Of a DNA stretch of 64,000 bases, positions 55,447 to 64,000 are shown one piece after another. The notes beneath the pieces were generated by a model that worked only from the letters and a program-made list of their open reading frames with translations, ran no database searches and was not told the origin of the DNA. Origin of the DNA: Polyangiaceae bacterium (GTDB lineage: Bacteria > Myxococcota_A > Polyangia > Polyangiales > Polyangiaceae); contig JBILLK010000019.1 in the NCBI GenBank assembly GCA_044376115.1, positions 128,001-192,000 on the forward strand, written 5' to 3'. Position 1 is the stretch's first letter. The number at the start of each line of letters is the position of its first letter. The position numbers and the translations under genes are program-made.

Positions 55447-57804
55447 TTATTCGGAGGGCGAGGAGGGAATGCCGTCGGCTTGCTCGTCGGAGGGGACTTC
55501 ACCGTCGGTGAGCGGAGCCGCAGTCGGCGACTTGGGCGTGGCGCTGGGAGCGACGGGAGCCGGTGCCGGCTTCTTCTTGTCCTTCTTCGGCGACTTGCCC
55601 ATGCGCTTGAGCAGCGCTTCATTCTTCTCGGTGGAGTGACCACGTTTGGCCAGGACGAACTCGCCGGCCTCGGCCACCACGCCGAACTTTTTGTTCTCGA
55701 GCAAGGGCCTTACTTTGGGTAGCTCTTTGGCGGTGAGCGCGCGCGGAAACAGGATGTATTCGGCGTTTTTCACGCCGACGGTGCGCAACGTGTAGGCGTT
55801 GGGCCGGTTGGAGATCTGCGGCAACGTGAACTCGCTGGCTGCCACGATCGCCTTCGGCGGGATCTGCGCGATCAGCGTATGCAGATCATTGTAGCGGGCG
55901 ATGTCCGCGGGCTTGCGCTCGAACTGGAACTTCCAGAAGCCGCCTTGCGCTGTGTTGTGCTGGAAGATGCCGCCGTGCTGGTAGGAGTTGCACATCATGC
56001 CGACGGTGATGGCGAACAGCCACGAGCTGACGCGCTGCTTGCCGAACAGGTCCCCAGCGAAGCGAGGCCGCTGCTCGTCGGTCAGCACCACCACCGAGCC
56101 GAGGAACATCGAGATCGCCCAGTGGGAGGTGTACTGGAAGGAGATGCTGGTGCTGGCGTAGCGGCTGGAGAGCAGCGTCATCAGCACACCGGGCACGGCG
56201 AACAAGAAGCCGACCGGCCGGCGTAGCGGCAGGAACACGAAGGGCGACATCACCTGCAGGACGTAGATGGTCTTCTTGCTGGTGAGCAGCGTGCTCAGCG
56301 TGAAGCCTGGGTTCGAAAGCACGGTGGCGAGCACGCCGGTGAAACCCTTGAAGCCGGTGGCTGGACGCAGGTCTTTGTAGACGTGGATGAAGGACTCTTC
56401 ACCGCCGCGGAAGATCGGCATCAGCACCATCTTCATGGTGATGAAGTAGGAGAAGCCAGCGAGCGCCATCACCGCACCGGCCTTCGGGTTGGTCTTGGTG
56501 AGCACGAAGTACGCGCCTGCCGCGAAGATGCAGAGCGCGATGTCTTCACGCACCGAGAGGGCCAAGAGCACCGTGAGCACCGCCCAGCGGTAGCGCTTGG
56601 TGTCCACCAAAAACACCGACCAAAAAACGAAGCCGATGCCCAGCGGCGGGTAGTGGAAGTCGTAGAAGTTGGCGCCGTGAATCGGGGCGTAGAACACGAA
56701 CAGCGACGCGAGCAGCGCGCCGCGCCAGGGGCCGATGCGGTTCTTCGCGAACAGAAACAGCGGGATCACCGCCGCGCCGATCAGCACCGACTGGATGATG
56801 AGCAGCGTCTCTGCGCGCTGGGAGATGGCGTAGAAAGGCGCCAATACGAAGGCGAACAGTGTGGCGTGATGGCCGATGTGCGAGCCCTCCGGGCCGAACA
56901 CCGGTGAGGCCTTCATCATGTGGCCGCGCAGACAGTTGTAGACGATGTTGTCTTCGATCCCGAGGTCGTACGAGGCGGTGCGCAGGTTGTGATGGTTCTG
57001 CACCGTGTAGAAGGAGAAGTACGCTGCGTAGAAGGCGAAGCCGCTCAGCACCACCGCCCACGGAATGCGGCGCTGATGGCGCTCACCGAAGGCCAGCACC
57101 TTGTCACGCAGCGCCGCCGCGCGAGCTCCCAGCGGCACCGGGGCGGTTAGCGAGCGGAAGAAGAGCTTCTGCGACGTCCACGAGGTGAACAGGGCGAGCA
57201 CCAGGAACTGCATGTCCGCGCCCTTCCACAGCTCCCAGCGAAACATCAGCGGGATCACGGCAACCAGCGTGAGCGGGGAGAGCCGCCAGGCCATCGACTC
57301 CATCGCTTGGGTAGCGGCCAGCAGATTCTTGCGTCGCGGCAGCAGGTAAACGAGCGCCAAGAGCAGTGGAATGACCACGCCAACGCCGACGTACTTCAGC
57401 ACCGCGCGGCGTTCGGGGCCGCCCAGCGTGTTGCTGCGTACGAAGTTGAGGAGCGCGTCTCCCAGCGACCGCTGCCACAAGAAGAGCCCGATCGAAGCGC
57501 CGATGCCCATCAACAGGGCGAGGCCGCGCAGGAAGAGCGCGAGCGTCTCCGCGCCAGGATCCGCAAGCTCTTGCGAACCACCTTGAGCTTGCGACGCAGC
57601 AGGGGCTTGAGCCTCGGACTGCGTCTTCGCCGCACCGGCGTCCGCCACCGGCTTGCTCACCGGGGCTGCTTCAGACGTGCTGTCTGCTGCGGGCTCCTCC
57701 GCTTCGGGCGTGGGCTCTACTGTTTCCTCGGCTCCCGAACTCTCGTCGGGAGGAGGTGACTGCTCCGCAGACGACTGGTCAGACACCGGGCCCTCATACC
57801 ACAT
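55447..57804 (-). CDS. DUF2079-family polytopic membrane protein (GT-C-like)
   Basis: SYDLGIEDN, HIGHH, ETLLIIQ, YDFH, SVREDI, FQY..H; many TM helices; start may be GTG 57786. Confidence 0.8.
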   Translation of the reverse strand: MWYEGPVSDQSSAEQSPPPDESSGAEETVEPTPEAEEPAADSTSEAAPVSKPVADAGAAKTQSEAQAPAASQAQGGSQELADPGAETLALFLRGLALLMGIGASIGLFLWQRSLGDALLNFVRSNTLGGPERRAVLKYVGVGVVIPLLLALVYLLPRRKNLLAATQAMESMAWRLSPLTLVAVIPLMFRWELWKGADMQFLVLALFTSWTSQKLFFRSLTAPVPLGARAAALRDKVLAFGERHQRRIPWAVVLSGFAFYAAYFSFYTVQNHHNLRTASYDLGIEDNIVYNCLRGHMMKASPVFGPEGSHIGHHATLFAFVLAPFYAISQRAETLLIIQSVLIGAAVIPLFLFAKNRIGPWRGALLASLFVFYAPIHGANFYDFHYPPLGIGFVFWSVFLVDTKRYRWAVLTVLLALSVREDIALCIFAAGAYFVLTKTNPKAGAVMALAGFSYFITMKMVLMPIFRGGEESFIHVYKDLRPATGFKGFTGVLATVLSNPGFTLSTLLTSKKTIYVLQVMSPFVFLPLRRPVGFLFAVPGVLMTLLSSRYASTSISFQYTSHWAISMFLGSVVVLTDEQRPRFAGDLFGKQRVSSWLFAITVGMMCNSYQHGGIFQHNTAQGGFWKFQFERKPADIARYNDLHTLIAQIPPKAIVAASEFTLPQISNRPNAYTLRTVGVKNAEYILFPRALTAKELPKVRPLLENKKFGVVAEAGEFVLAKRGHSTEKNEALLKRMGKSPKKDKKKPAPAPVAPSATPKSPTAAPLTDGEVPSDEQADGIPSSPSE

Positions 57805-57862
57805 CCGCTATAGGTGCATAGCTGCGAGCCGCTGCGCGGCCCCGCTGAGGAGCCGGAGCGGC

Positions 57863-60082
57863 CTATTGAAAGCTGCGAATCTCCCAGAGATTGCCGCGCA
57901 GCCCGGCCTTGAGCGTGGCCGTCAGCTCCTCCACCAGCTGCGGGTTGCCGCTGGCGATGTCGTTGGTTTGGCCCGGGTCTTCCACGTCATTGAAGAGCTC
58001 GGTCTTGTCGCTTAGGGCCTCATGCACGAGGGTGTACTTCTCGGTGCTGACCGAGCGGGTAAAGAAGTTGGTGCGCCCGCGCATCAGCTGAAAGATCGAA
58101 CAGAAGATCGGCCGCTCTGGCTGAACGTGCTCGCGCGCCAGCACCGGTACGAACAGACTCTGGCCGTCGAACTCGAGCTTGTTCTTGGGCAGTTGCAGGG
58201 CCTCCACGAGGGTTGGCGCAATATCCACGAGCGCGACGCGGTCTTCGATTCGCGCCGGCGCGACGCCGGGAATGCGCACGATCAGCGGCACGTGCACCGA
58301 CTCGACGTAGCAGGCGAGCGAGTGGATGGTGTTGCCGTGCTCCTCGAACTCTTCACCGTGGTCGGCGGTGATGATCAGCACCGTCTCGTCCCATAGCTCC
58401 TTGTTCTTGAGATGGGCAGTGAGCACGCGCAGCAGGTTGTCCAGGCTGGCGATGCAGCGATCGTAGCTGCCGATATCTTTGGTGGCGCCGTTGAAGTTGG
58501 GCACCGAGCGACCTTTGTGGGCCTTGTACGGGTGGTGCACGTCGTCGAAGTGCACGGTGATGAAGAAGGGCTTGTTCTCGTTCTGCGCGCGTTCGATCTC
58601 GGCGATGGCCAGGCCAACGGCGTGATCCCCGCTGTGCCAATCCGCCCCTTTGGGCGTGGCCATCACGTGCTGAAACGGCTTCTGCATGCCGGTAAGGCCT
58701 TTCTTCACGTACTGGTTGATCACCAGGCTGGTGGAGTAGCCCTCTTGTTTGAGCAACGTCGGCAACATGCCGACCGACGGCGCAGGGTCTGGCCCTTTCT
58801 TCCACTCCATGGTGTCGGGTAGGCGGCCACTGAGCATGCTGGGCATGCTCAGCCGGGTGGTGGAAGCTTGCGAGTAGGCGCGCGTGAAGACCCAGCTCTC
58901 CTTGCCGATCTCGTCGATATGGGGGCTGGTCTCCTTGCTGTAGCCGTAGAGGCCGAGGTGGTCGGCGCGCAGCGAGTCCACCACCAGCCAAACGACGTTG
59001 AGCGGCTTTTTGCCTTCGCGAGGCGCGCGATCGGAGAAGGTCTTCAGCTCGAGTAGCGCCGATTCGCTGGCGTCGGCGCCGCTGCAATCTTCGTCGATGC
59101 CGTTGCCGGGGACGTCTTTGGTTGAGGGCGAGCGTCGCCCATCGAAGGGCGCACAATCTTTGCCACCGTAGAGCGAGGAGATGCCGTCGCGATCGACGTC
59201 GGTCAGGGTGCGTACGGCTCCGGCGGCGACCGGCAACAGATGGCCCTCTGCGGTGACCGCGGTGGCGCCCTTCCAACGCGAGCTGACCAGCACCCCGGCG
59301 ATCACCCCGCCGAGGACCAATGCGCGCGCCGCCCAACCGAGCGCCAAGCTCAGCCGCGGGCCGGCCAGCCGCTTGGGCCGTGCATCCCAAAGACGCAGGA
59401 AAAAGCCTTGCACGGCGACGAACAGAATCGCGCCGAAGGGTACGCTGAGGACGCCGAGCTGCACGCCGTGCTCTTGGAACAGCGACACCAGGCCGTAGCC
59501 CAGCGGCAAGAGTACGAACAGCAGGTAGCGCAGCCAGCTCCAGCGCGGAAAGGGCAAGCCGACGCGGCGGTCGAAGGCGGCCACGGCTCGCAACATCAGG
59601 CCGCGCAGGATACTGCCGGCGAGCACCAGCCCCACGCCGAACAGCCCCACGCCGAGCAGCAACATGCTGTTCGCGAGCTCCGGATCTTTGATCGAGGTCA
59701 GCCCCGCGACGAGCAACTTGAGCGCGAGCACGCCCAGTGCGGTGAGCACGGTCAATAGGCCGAGGAAGGCGTGCAGGCGCACCACCGGCTCGCGGTCGGC
59801 TGCGCGATCGCTCGACAAACTGGCTGCGATACGCGAACTCACGCCGAACCTCGAGAGCAGCCGCCCGGCCTCGTACACGAGCAGCCCTTGCAGCAAGCCG
59901 AACAGCGCGCCGACCACCACCACAAGCCCGGCGCCGAGCAACACGCCGTTGGCCAGCGATAGCTTCAAGCCGCGAGCGCTGAGTGCACCGTCCACCGCGC
60001 CCGCGAGCAGCGCGGTCAACGCCGCAACCTGGAAATGTCGGACGGCCGTCTGGAGTCGGCTCTTGGGGCTGGGTTCAGTCAT
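57863..60082 (-). CDS. Membrane-anchored sulfatase/alkaline-phosphatase-superfamily protein with a MopE-like acidic Cys motif
   Basis: N-terminal TM helices; DCAPFD...PGNGIDEDCSGAD; VDSLRADH, AYSQASTTRLS, H.PY, TADHGEEF, HVPLI, D..PT. Confidence 0.85.
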   Translation of the reverse strand: MTEPSPKSRLQTAVRHFQVAALTALLAGAVDGALSARGLKLSLANGVLLGAGLVVVVGALFGLLQGLLVYEAGRLLSRFGVSSRIAASLSSDRAADREPVVRLHAFLGLLTVLTALGVLALKLLVAGLTSIKDPELANSMLLLGVGLFGVGLVLAGSILRGLMLRAVAAFDRRVGLPFPRWSWLRYLLFVLLPLGYGLVSLFQEHGVQLGVLSVPFGAILFVAVQGFFLRLWDARPKRLAGPRLSLALGWAARALVLGGVIAGVLVSSRWKGATAVTAEGHLLPVAAGAVRTLTDVDRDGISSLYGGKDCAPFDGRRSPSTKDVPGNGIDEDCSGADASESALLELKTFSDRAPREGKKPLNVVWLVVDSLRADHLGLYGYSKETSPHIDEIGKESWVFTRAYSQASTTRLSMPSMLSGRLPDTMEWKKGPDPAPSVGMLPTLLKQEGYSTSLVINQYVKKGLTGMQKPFQHVMATPKGADWHSGDHAVGLAIAEIERAQNENKPFFITVHFDDVHHPYKAHKGRSVPNFNGATKDIGSYDRCIASLDNLLRVLTAHLKNKELWDETVLIITADHGEEFEEHGNTIHSLACYVESVHVPLIVRIPGVAPARIEDRVALVDIAPTLVEALQLPKNKLEFDGQSLFVPVLAREHVQPERPIFCSIFQLMRGRTNFFTRSVSTEKYTLVHEALSDKTELFNDVEDPGQTNDIASGNPQLVEELTATLKAGLRGNLWEIRSFQ

Positions 60083-60232
60083 GGTTGGGCCGGCGTCGAG
60101 CGGGCGGCGTCACGGCAGCGGTTGGCACTAGCACAAAGGCTCGTCGCGTAGATGGGCGATCCGCGCTCGGGGCGCCCGAACGGCCCCTGCGAGCCCTTGC
60201 CTCCGTTGCTCATTCGGGCCTAAACCAGCGCC

Positions 60233-61411
60233 ATGCCGGAGCCCGTCAACCTCGACACCCTGATCGCCATCGACCACCTGCTGAGCGAGGAGGACAAGCT
60301 CGTCCGCGCGAGTGTGCGCCGCTTCGTCAAAGAGCGCTATTTGCCGCGTGCGGCTGAGCTTTTTGCCAAGGAGGAGTTCCCGGCCGATCTGATCCCGGAG
60401 CTGGGCGAGCTCGGCCTGTTGGGCGCCTCGCTGAGCGGCTACGGCTGCGCCGGCATGTCGCCGACGAGCTACGGCTTGGCGTTGGAAGAGCTCGAGTACG
60501 GGGACAGCGGTCTGCGCAGCTTTGCCAGCGTGCAAGGCAGCTTGGCGATGTACCCGATCTGGAAGTACGGCAGCGAGGAGCAGAAGCAGAAGTTCTTGCC
60601 CAAGATGGCCAAAGGCGAGTGGGTCGGTTGCTTCGGCCTGACCGAGCCGGACGCCGGCAGTGACCCGGGGGCGATGACCACGCGCGCCAAGAAAGACGGC
60701 TCCGATTGGATCCTCACCGGCACCAAGATGTGGATCACCAGCTCGCCGATCGCGCAGTTGGCGGTGGTCTGGGCCAAGACCGACGACGGGGATGCCTCGT
60801 CGATTCGCGGCTACATCGTCGAGCGCGGGATGAAGGGCCTGGAGACCCCGCTGGTGCACGGCAAGATGAGCCTGCGCGCCTCACCGACGGGTGAGATCGT
60901 GCTCAACGAGGTGCGCGTCCCGCAAGAGAACGTGCTGCCAGGCGTGGTCGGTTTGAAGGGGCCGCTCTCGTGTTTGAGCCAAGCTCGCTTCGGCATCAGC
61001 TTTGGGGCGTTGGGAGCGGCGCGGGCCTGTTTCGACAGCGTGCTCTCCTACTCGCGGGAGCGCGTGACCTTCGGCAAGCCGATCGCCGCGAAGCAATTGG
61101 TGCAGCAGCACCTGGCCGAGATGGCGCTCGAGATCGCCAAAGGCAAGCTGATGGCGCTGCACTTTGCGCGCATCAAAGCCGAGAAGGATCTGCTGCCGGC
61201 GCAGGTTTCGTTGTGCAAAAAGAACAACGTCAAGATCGCGCTCGAGATCGCCCGCACCGCGCGCGCCATTTTGGGCGGCAACGGCATCCTGCTCGAGTAC
61301 CCGGTGATCCGGCACATGCTCAACCTCGAGAGCGTCTACACCTATGAAGGCACCGACGAGGTGCACACGTTGATCCTCGGTCAGACGCTGACCGGTCATA
61401 ACGCTTTCTAA
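60233..61411 (+). CDS. gcdH: Acyl-CoA dehydrogenase, glutaryl-CoA dehydrogenase-like
   Basis: ELE.GDSG.RSF.SVQ.SL, GCFGLTEPD.GSDP, K.SLRAS.TG, RHM.NLESV.TYEGT..VH. Confidence 0.8.
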   Translation: MPEPVNLDTLIAIDHLLSEEDKLVRASVRRFVKERYLPRAAELFAKEEFPADLIPELGELGLLGASLSGYGCAGMSPTSYGLALEELEYGDSGLRSFASVQGSLAMYPIWKYGSEEQKQKFLPKMAKGEWVGCFGLTEPDAGSDPGAMTTRAKKDGSDWILTGTKMWITSSPIAQLAVVWAKTDDGDASSIRGYIVERGMKGLETPLVHGKMSLRASPTGEIVLNEVRVPQENVLPGVVGLKGPLSCLSQARFGISFGALGAARACFDSVLSYSRERVTFGKPIAAKQLVQQHLAEMALEIAKGKLMALHFARIKAEKDLLPAQVSLCKKNNVKIALEIARTARAILGGNGILLEYPVIRHMLNLESVYTYEGTDEVHTLILGQTLTGHNAF

Positions 61412-61422
61412 GGAGCACCGCT

Positions 61423-62112
61423 GTGAGCGAGCCGAGCTTTGACGCCTACCGCAATAGCTACGACGACGTCGTTCAAGACTCGATCGCCTTCTCCGGGCTG
61501 AAGCACGACTTCTTCCTGACCGCCAAGGTGGACCTCCTGCGCGAGGTGTTCGCCGCGAGCTTCGGCGCGGAGACCAAGCCGGCGCTGCTCGACGTGGGCT
61601 GCGGCGTGGGCAAGATGCATAGCCTGCTCCGGCCGCTGGTCGGCTCGCTGTCCGGTACGGATCTTTCGACCCAATCGCTCGAGCGTGCGCGGACCGAGCA
61701 CCCCTGGGCGGAGTATCGCGACGGGGTGGATAGCAAGTTGCCCTTCGCAGACGCGAGCTTCGACGTGGCGACGGCTGTATGCGTGGTGCATCACGTGCCG
61801 CCGGCCGCCTGGACCGAGTTCGTGCGCGAGATGCGCCGGGTGGTTCGGCCGGGCGGGCGGGTGATCTTGATCGAGCACAACCCGTGGAACCCGCTCACTC
61901 GGCTCTCGGTGGCGCGTTGCCCGTTCGACGATGACGCGGTGCTGCTCGACAGTCGGCGGGCGCGGCAGCTGCTGCTCGACGCAGGGCTCACGCCCGAACC
62001 GGCACAGCACTTCTTGGTCTTTCCCACCGGCCATCGTTTGGGCCGCAAGCTGGAGGCCAAGCTCAGCGGCTTGCCGGTGGGCGCGCAGTATCTCGTGGTT
62101 GGGCGTGTCTGA
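61423..62112 (+). CDS. Class I SAM-dependent methyltransferase
   Basis: LLDVGCGVG, LPF.D.SFD, V.HHVPP, EHNP.NPLT...V..C.FD. Confidence 0.9.
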   Translation: MSEPSFDAYRNSYDDVVQDSIAFSGLKHDFFLTAKVDLLREVFAASFGAETKPALLDVGCGVGKMHSLLRPLVGSLSGTDLSTQSLERARTEHPWAEYRDGVDSKLPFADASFDVATAVCVVHHVPPAAWTEFVREMRRVVRPGGRVILIEHNPWNPLTRLSVARCPFDDDAVLLDSRRARQLLLDAGLTPEPAQHFLVFPTGHRLGRKLEAKLSGLPVGAQYLVVGRV

Positions 62113-62545
62113 AGCAGGCAGCTCCGAACCGGCGCGCATCTCGCGCTTTGCCCTGGTCGGAGTCGTCTCCACGCTGCTGTACGCCCTGCTCGCGATGGCC
62201 CTCTCCGAGCTCACCCGCTGGCCGGCGGCGGTGGGCTCGCTCGTGGCCTACGTACTCGCAGGCGTGTTCTCGTATACCGCGCATCGCTCCTTCACCTTTC
62301 GCTCCGACCGTTCGCATCGAGAGGCTGCCCCGCGTTTCATTGGTCTTTCGCTCGTGGGGTACGGCATCGCCACGGCGGCTCCGCTGCTGCTCACCGACTG
62401 GGCTGGCCTGCCCAACGTATTTGCGGTTGCGCTGACCTCGCTGGTCGTGCCGGCGCTCAACTTCGTGCTGATGCGGGCCATGGTGTTCGTGAGGCCGAGC
62501 GGCCAGGTCGAGTCGCAGGTGATTGGCACCGGCCATGATCGTTGA
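62105..62545 (+). CDS. GtrA-family flippase-like membrane protein
   Basis: RFALVGVVST, FSY..HR.FTFRS, PRF, NF...R..VF; four TM helices; GTG overlaps the methyltransferase stop. Confidence 0.85.
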   Translation: MSEAGSSEPARISRFALVGVVSTLLYALLAMALSELTRWPAAVGSLVAYVLAGVFSYTAHRSFTFRSDRSHREAAPRFIGLSLVGYGIATAAPLLLTDWAGLPNVFAVALTSLVVPALNFVLMRAMVFVRPSGQVESQVIGTGHDR

Positions 62546-62578
62546 AGAGCTGCAGCGCGTGCCGGGAAGGCGCTGCTC

Positions 62579-63472
62579 GTGAAGTCGGTGCTCGTGACCG
62601 GCGCTGCTGGCAACGTTGGCCGCGAAGTCGTGCTGGCGCTGCTGCAGCGAGGCGCTCGCGTGGTCGCCGCGGATCATCGCAGCGATCGGGTGAGGACGCT
62701 GTTCGGTGAAAGCGTGGTCGCCTCCCGGCTCGACTTTCTCGACCGCGGGACTTGGGCAGCTGCGCTGCAGGGAGCCGAGCAGCTGTTCTTGCTGCGACCT
62801 CCGGCGATCTCCGACGTCGAGAACAACCTCAACCCGTTCGTGGATTTTGCGCGCAGCCAAGGCATCGACCATGTGGTCTTTCTTTCGGTGGCCGGCGTGG
62901 AGAAGAACCGCTTCGTCCCGCATCGCAAAGTGGAAGACCATCTGCGGGCTCGCGGGGACCACCACACCTTTCTGCGGCCAGGGTTCTTCGCGCAGAACCT
63001 GGAGACTTCCTATCGTGAGGACCTCGCGCAAGAGGACCGTATCTACGTTCCGGCCGGCCAAAGCTTGGTCAACTGGATCGACGTGCGCGATATCGCGGTG
63101 GTCGCGGCGCTGGTCTTCGATGAGCCAGAAGAGCATCGCGCTCAGGGTTACACGCTGACCGGCCCGGGGCCGATCCCGTGGTCGGACGTAATCGCCGCGC
63201 TCTCCCATTCGTTGGGCCGACCGATTCGCTACGAACCGGCCTCGATCCTCGGCTACGTGCGCCATCTCTCCGCGCGCGGGCTGCCTCGCGGGGCCGTCCT
63301 CGTGCAAACCATTCTGCATGTGCTGTTGCGCTTCGGGCAGGGAGCGACCTTCGATCCAACGATGGAGCGGCTGCTCGGCAGGCCTGGCCGCAGCATGAGC
63401 GCGTACATCGCCGAGCATGCGTCGCTTTGGGCCAAGCCGTGCGGCAGCGAGCCAGGGAACGGCCGCCGATGA
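62579..63472 (+). CDS. NmrA/NAD(P)H-binding atypical SDR
   Basis: VLVTGAAGNVG, HVVFLSV.G, PH.KVE, LRPGFFAQNL, IDVRDIA, YTLTGP. Confidence 0.9.
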   Translation: MKSVLVTGAAGNVGREVVLALLQRGARVVAADHRSDRVRTLFGESVVASRLDFLDRGTWAAALQGAEQLFLLRPPAISDVENNLNPFVDFARSQGIDHVVFLSVAGVEKNRFVPHRKVEDHLRARGDHHTFLRPGFFAQNLETSYREDLAQEDRIYVPAGQSLVNWIDVRDIAVVAALVFDEPEEHRAQGYTLTGPGPIPWSDVIAALSHSLGRPIRYEPASILGYVRHLSARGLPRGAVLVQTILHVLLRFGQGATFDPTMERLLGRPGRSMSAYIAEHASLWAKPCGSEPGNGRR

Positions 63473-63849
63473 TGGTCGAGGTCTTGGTGGTGGGCGTCTT
63501 GCTGCAGAGTGTGGGCCTCGGGCTCGGGGCCCAGCGCTGGGCTTTCCAGCGGTCGGCGCGCAAGCTTCGGGGCAGAGTGGTGGAGCGTCGCATCACCCGG
63601 CGTTCGGGCACCATGTTGCACGCTCCGACCATCGAGTTCAGCGTCGGTGAGCAGGTGCATCGCTACGAGAGCGGCATGTTTGGCACCGGCTGCCCAGAGC
63701 TCGGCGCCGAGGTCGAGCTGTTGGTCCACCCAGAGGACGCGGGCATCGTGGTGATCCGCGGCTGGTCGGGCGGTAGCACGGCTGCCGTGGTCCTGTTTGT
63801 GATCGGGACGGTGCTTAGCGTTGCAGGGTTGTTCGCCGAGCCGAGTTAG
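63469..63849 (+). CDS. DUF3592-like membrane protein
   Basis: TM, then G.VV...P.IEF...G..V.LLV.P.D, then TM; ATGA overlap with the upstream gene. Confidence 0.7.
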   Translation: MMVEVLVVGVLLQSVGLGLGAQRWAFQRSARKLRGRVVERRITRRSGTMLHAPTIEFSVGEQVHRYESGMFGTGCPELGAEVELLVHPEDAGIVVIRGWSGGSTAAVVLFVIGTVLSVAGLFAEPS

Positions 63850-63920
63850 CAGCAGGGCAATTCGCGAAGCGCGAAGCGATGCGGACTTGGGCTGCGGGCG
63901 CGCAGGTCGGCTCGGGCGAA

Positions 63921-64000
63921 TCAGAAGCGCGTTGGCGGCGTACCGATCGGCGGGTCGTCGTCCCCTCCCTCGATCAGCCGCCACAAGAAGATCCCAAAGG
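63921..64000 (-). CDS. 3' end of a possible gene entering from beyond the window
   Basis: Open frame ...FGIFLWRLIEGGDDDPPIGTPPTRF* ending at TGA 63921. Confidence 0.35.
   Translation of the reverse strand, partial: FGIFLWRLIEGGDDDPPIGTPPTRF

Noticed and set aside
62535..62582. 15-codon ORF bridging gtrA and the NmrA gene
   Set aside because: Too short, with no SD or recognisable features

Overview
High-GC chromosomal segment, most likely from a myxobacterium of the Polyangiaceae/Sorangiineae type (inferred from the tandem Ser/Thr kinase, the ATPase-TPR-wHTH regulator, the MshEN-HEAT protein and the Cys-rich lipoproteins). It holds about 53 CDS; I found no rRNA, tRNA, CRISPR array or mobile element. 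Recognisable blocks: (1) a urate/allantoin catabolic operon puuD-allB-[alc::uraD fusion]-uraH; (2) a cbb3 oxidase operon usp-ccoI-ccoS-ccoNO-ccoQ-ccoP-ccoG-dsbD2 behind a sigma54-like promoter; (3) a carotenoid operon ytfJ-like-crtI-crtB-cruA-like whose promoter is covered by a perfect 13-bp inverted repeat; (4) murJ, tkt, yjbQ, an MlaF-like ATPase, rlmE and a gcdH-like dehydrogenase; (5) an orphan rplC with its own promoter and a highly structured UNCG-rich 5' leader; (6) a split GtrA/GtrB/GT-C surface-glycosylation set. The best candidate for an undescribed system is the six-gene cell-surface operon at 42.5-49.7 kb. It has a sigma54-like promoter, a secreted TPR protein, a Cys-rich lipoprotein, and a tandemly duplicated, diverged pair made of a lipoprotein with seven knottin-like C-C-CC-C-C repeats plus a vWA/MIDAS lipoprotein. 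All family calls are from motif recognition by eye; no searches were run.
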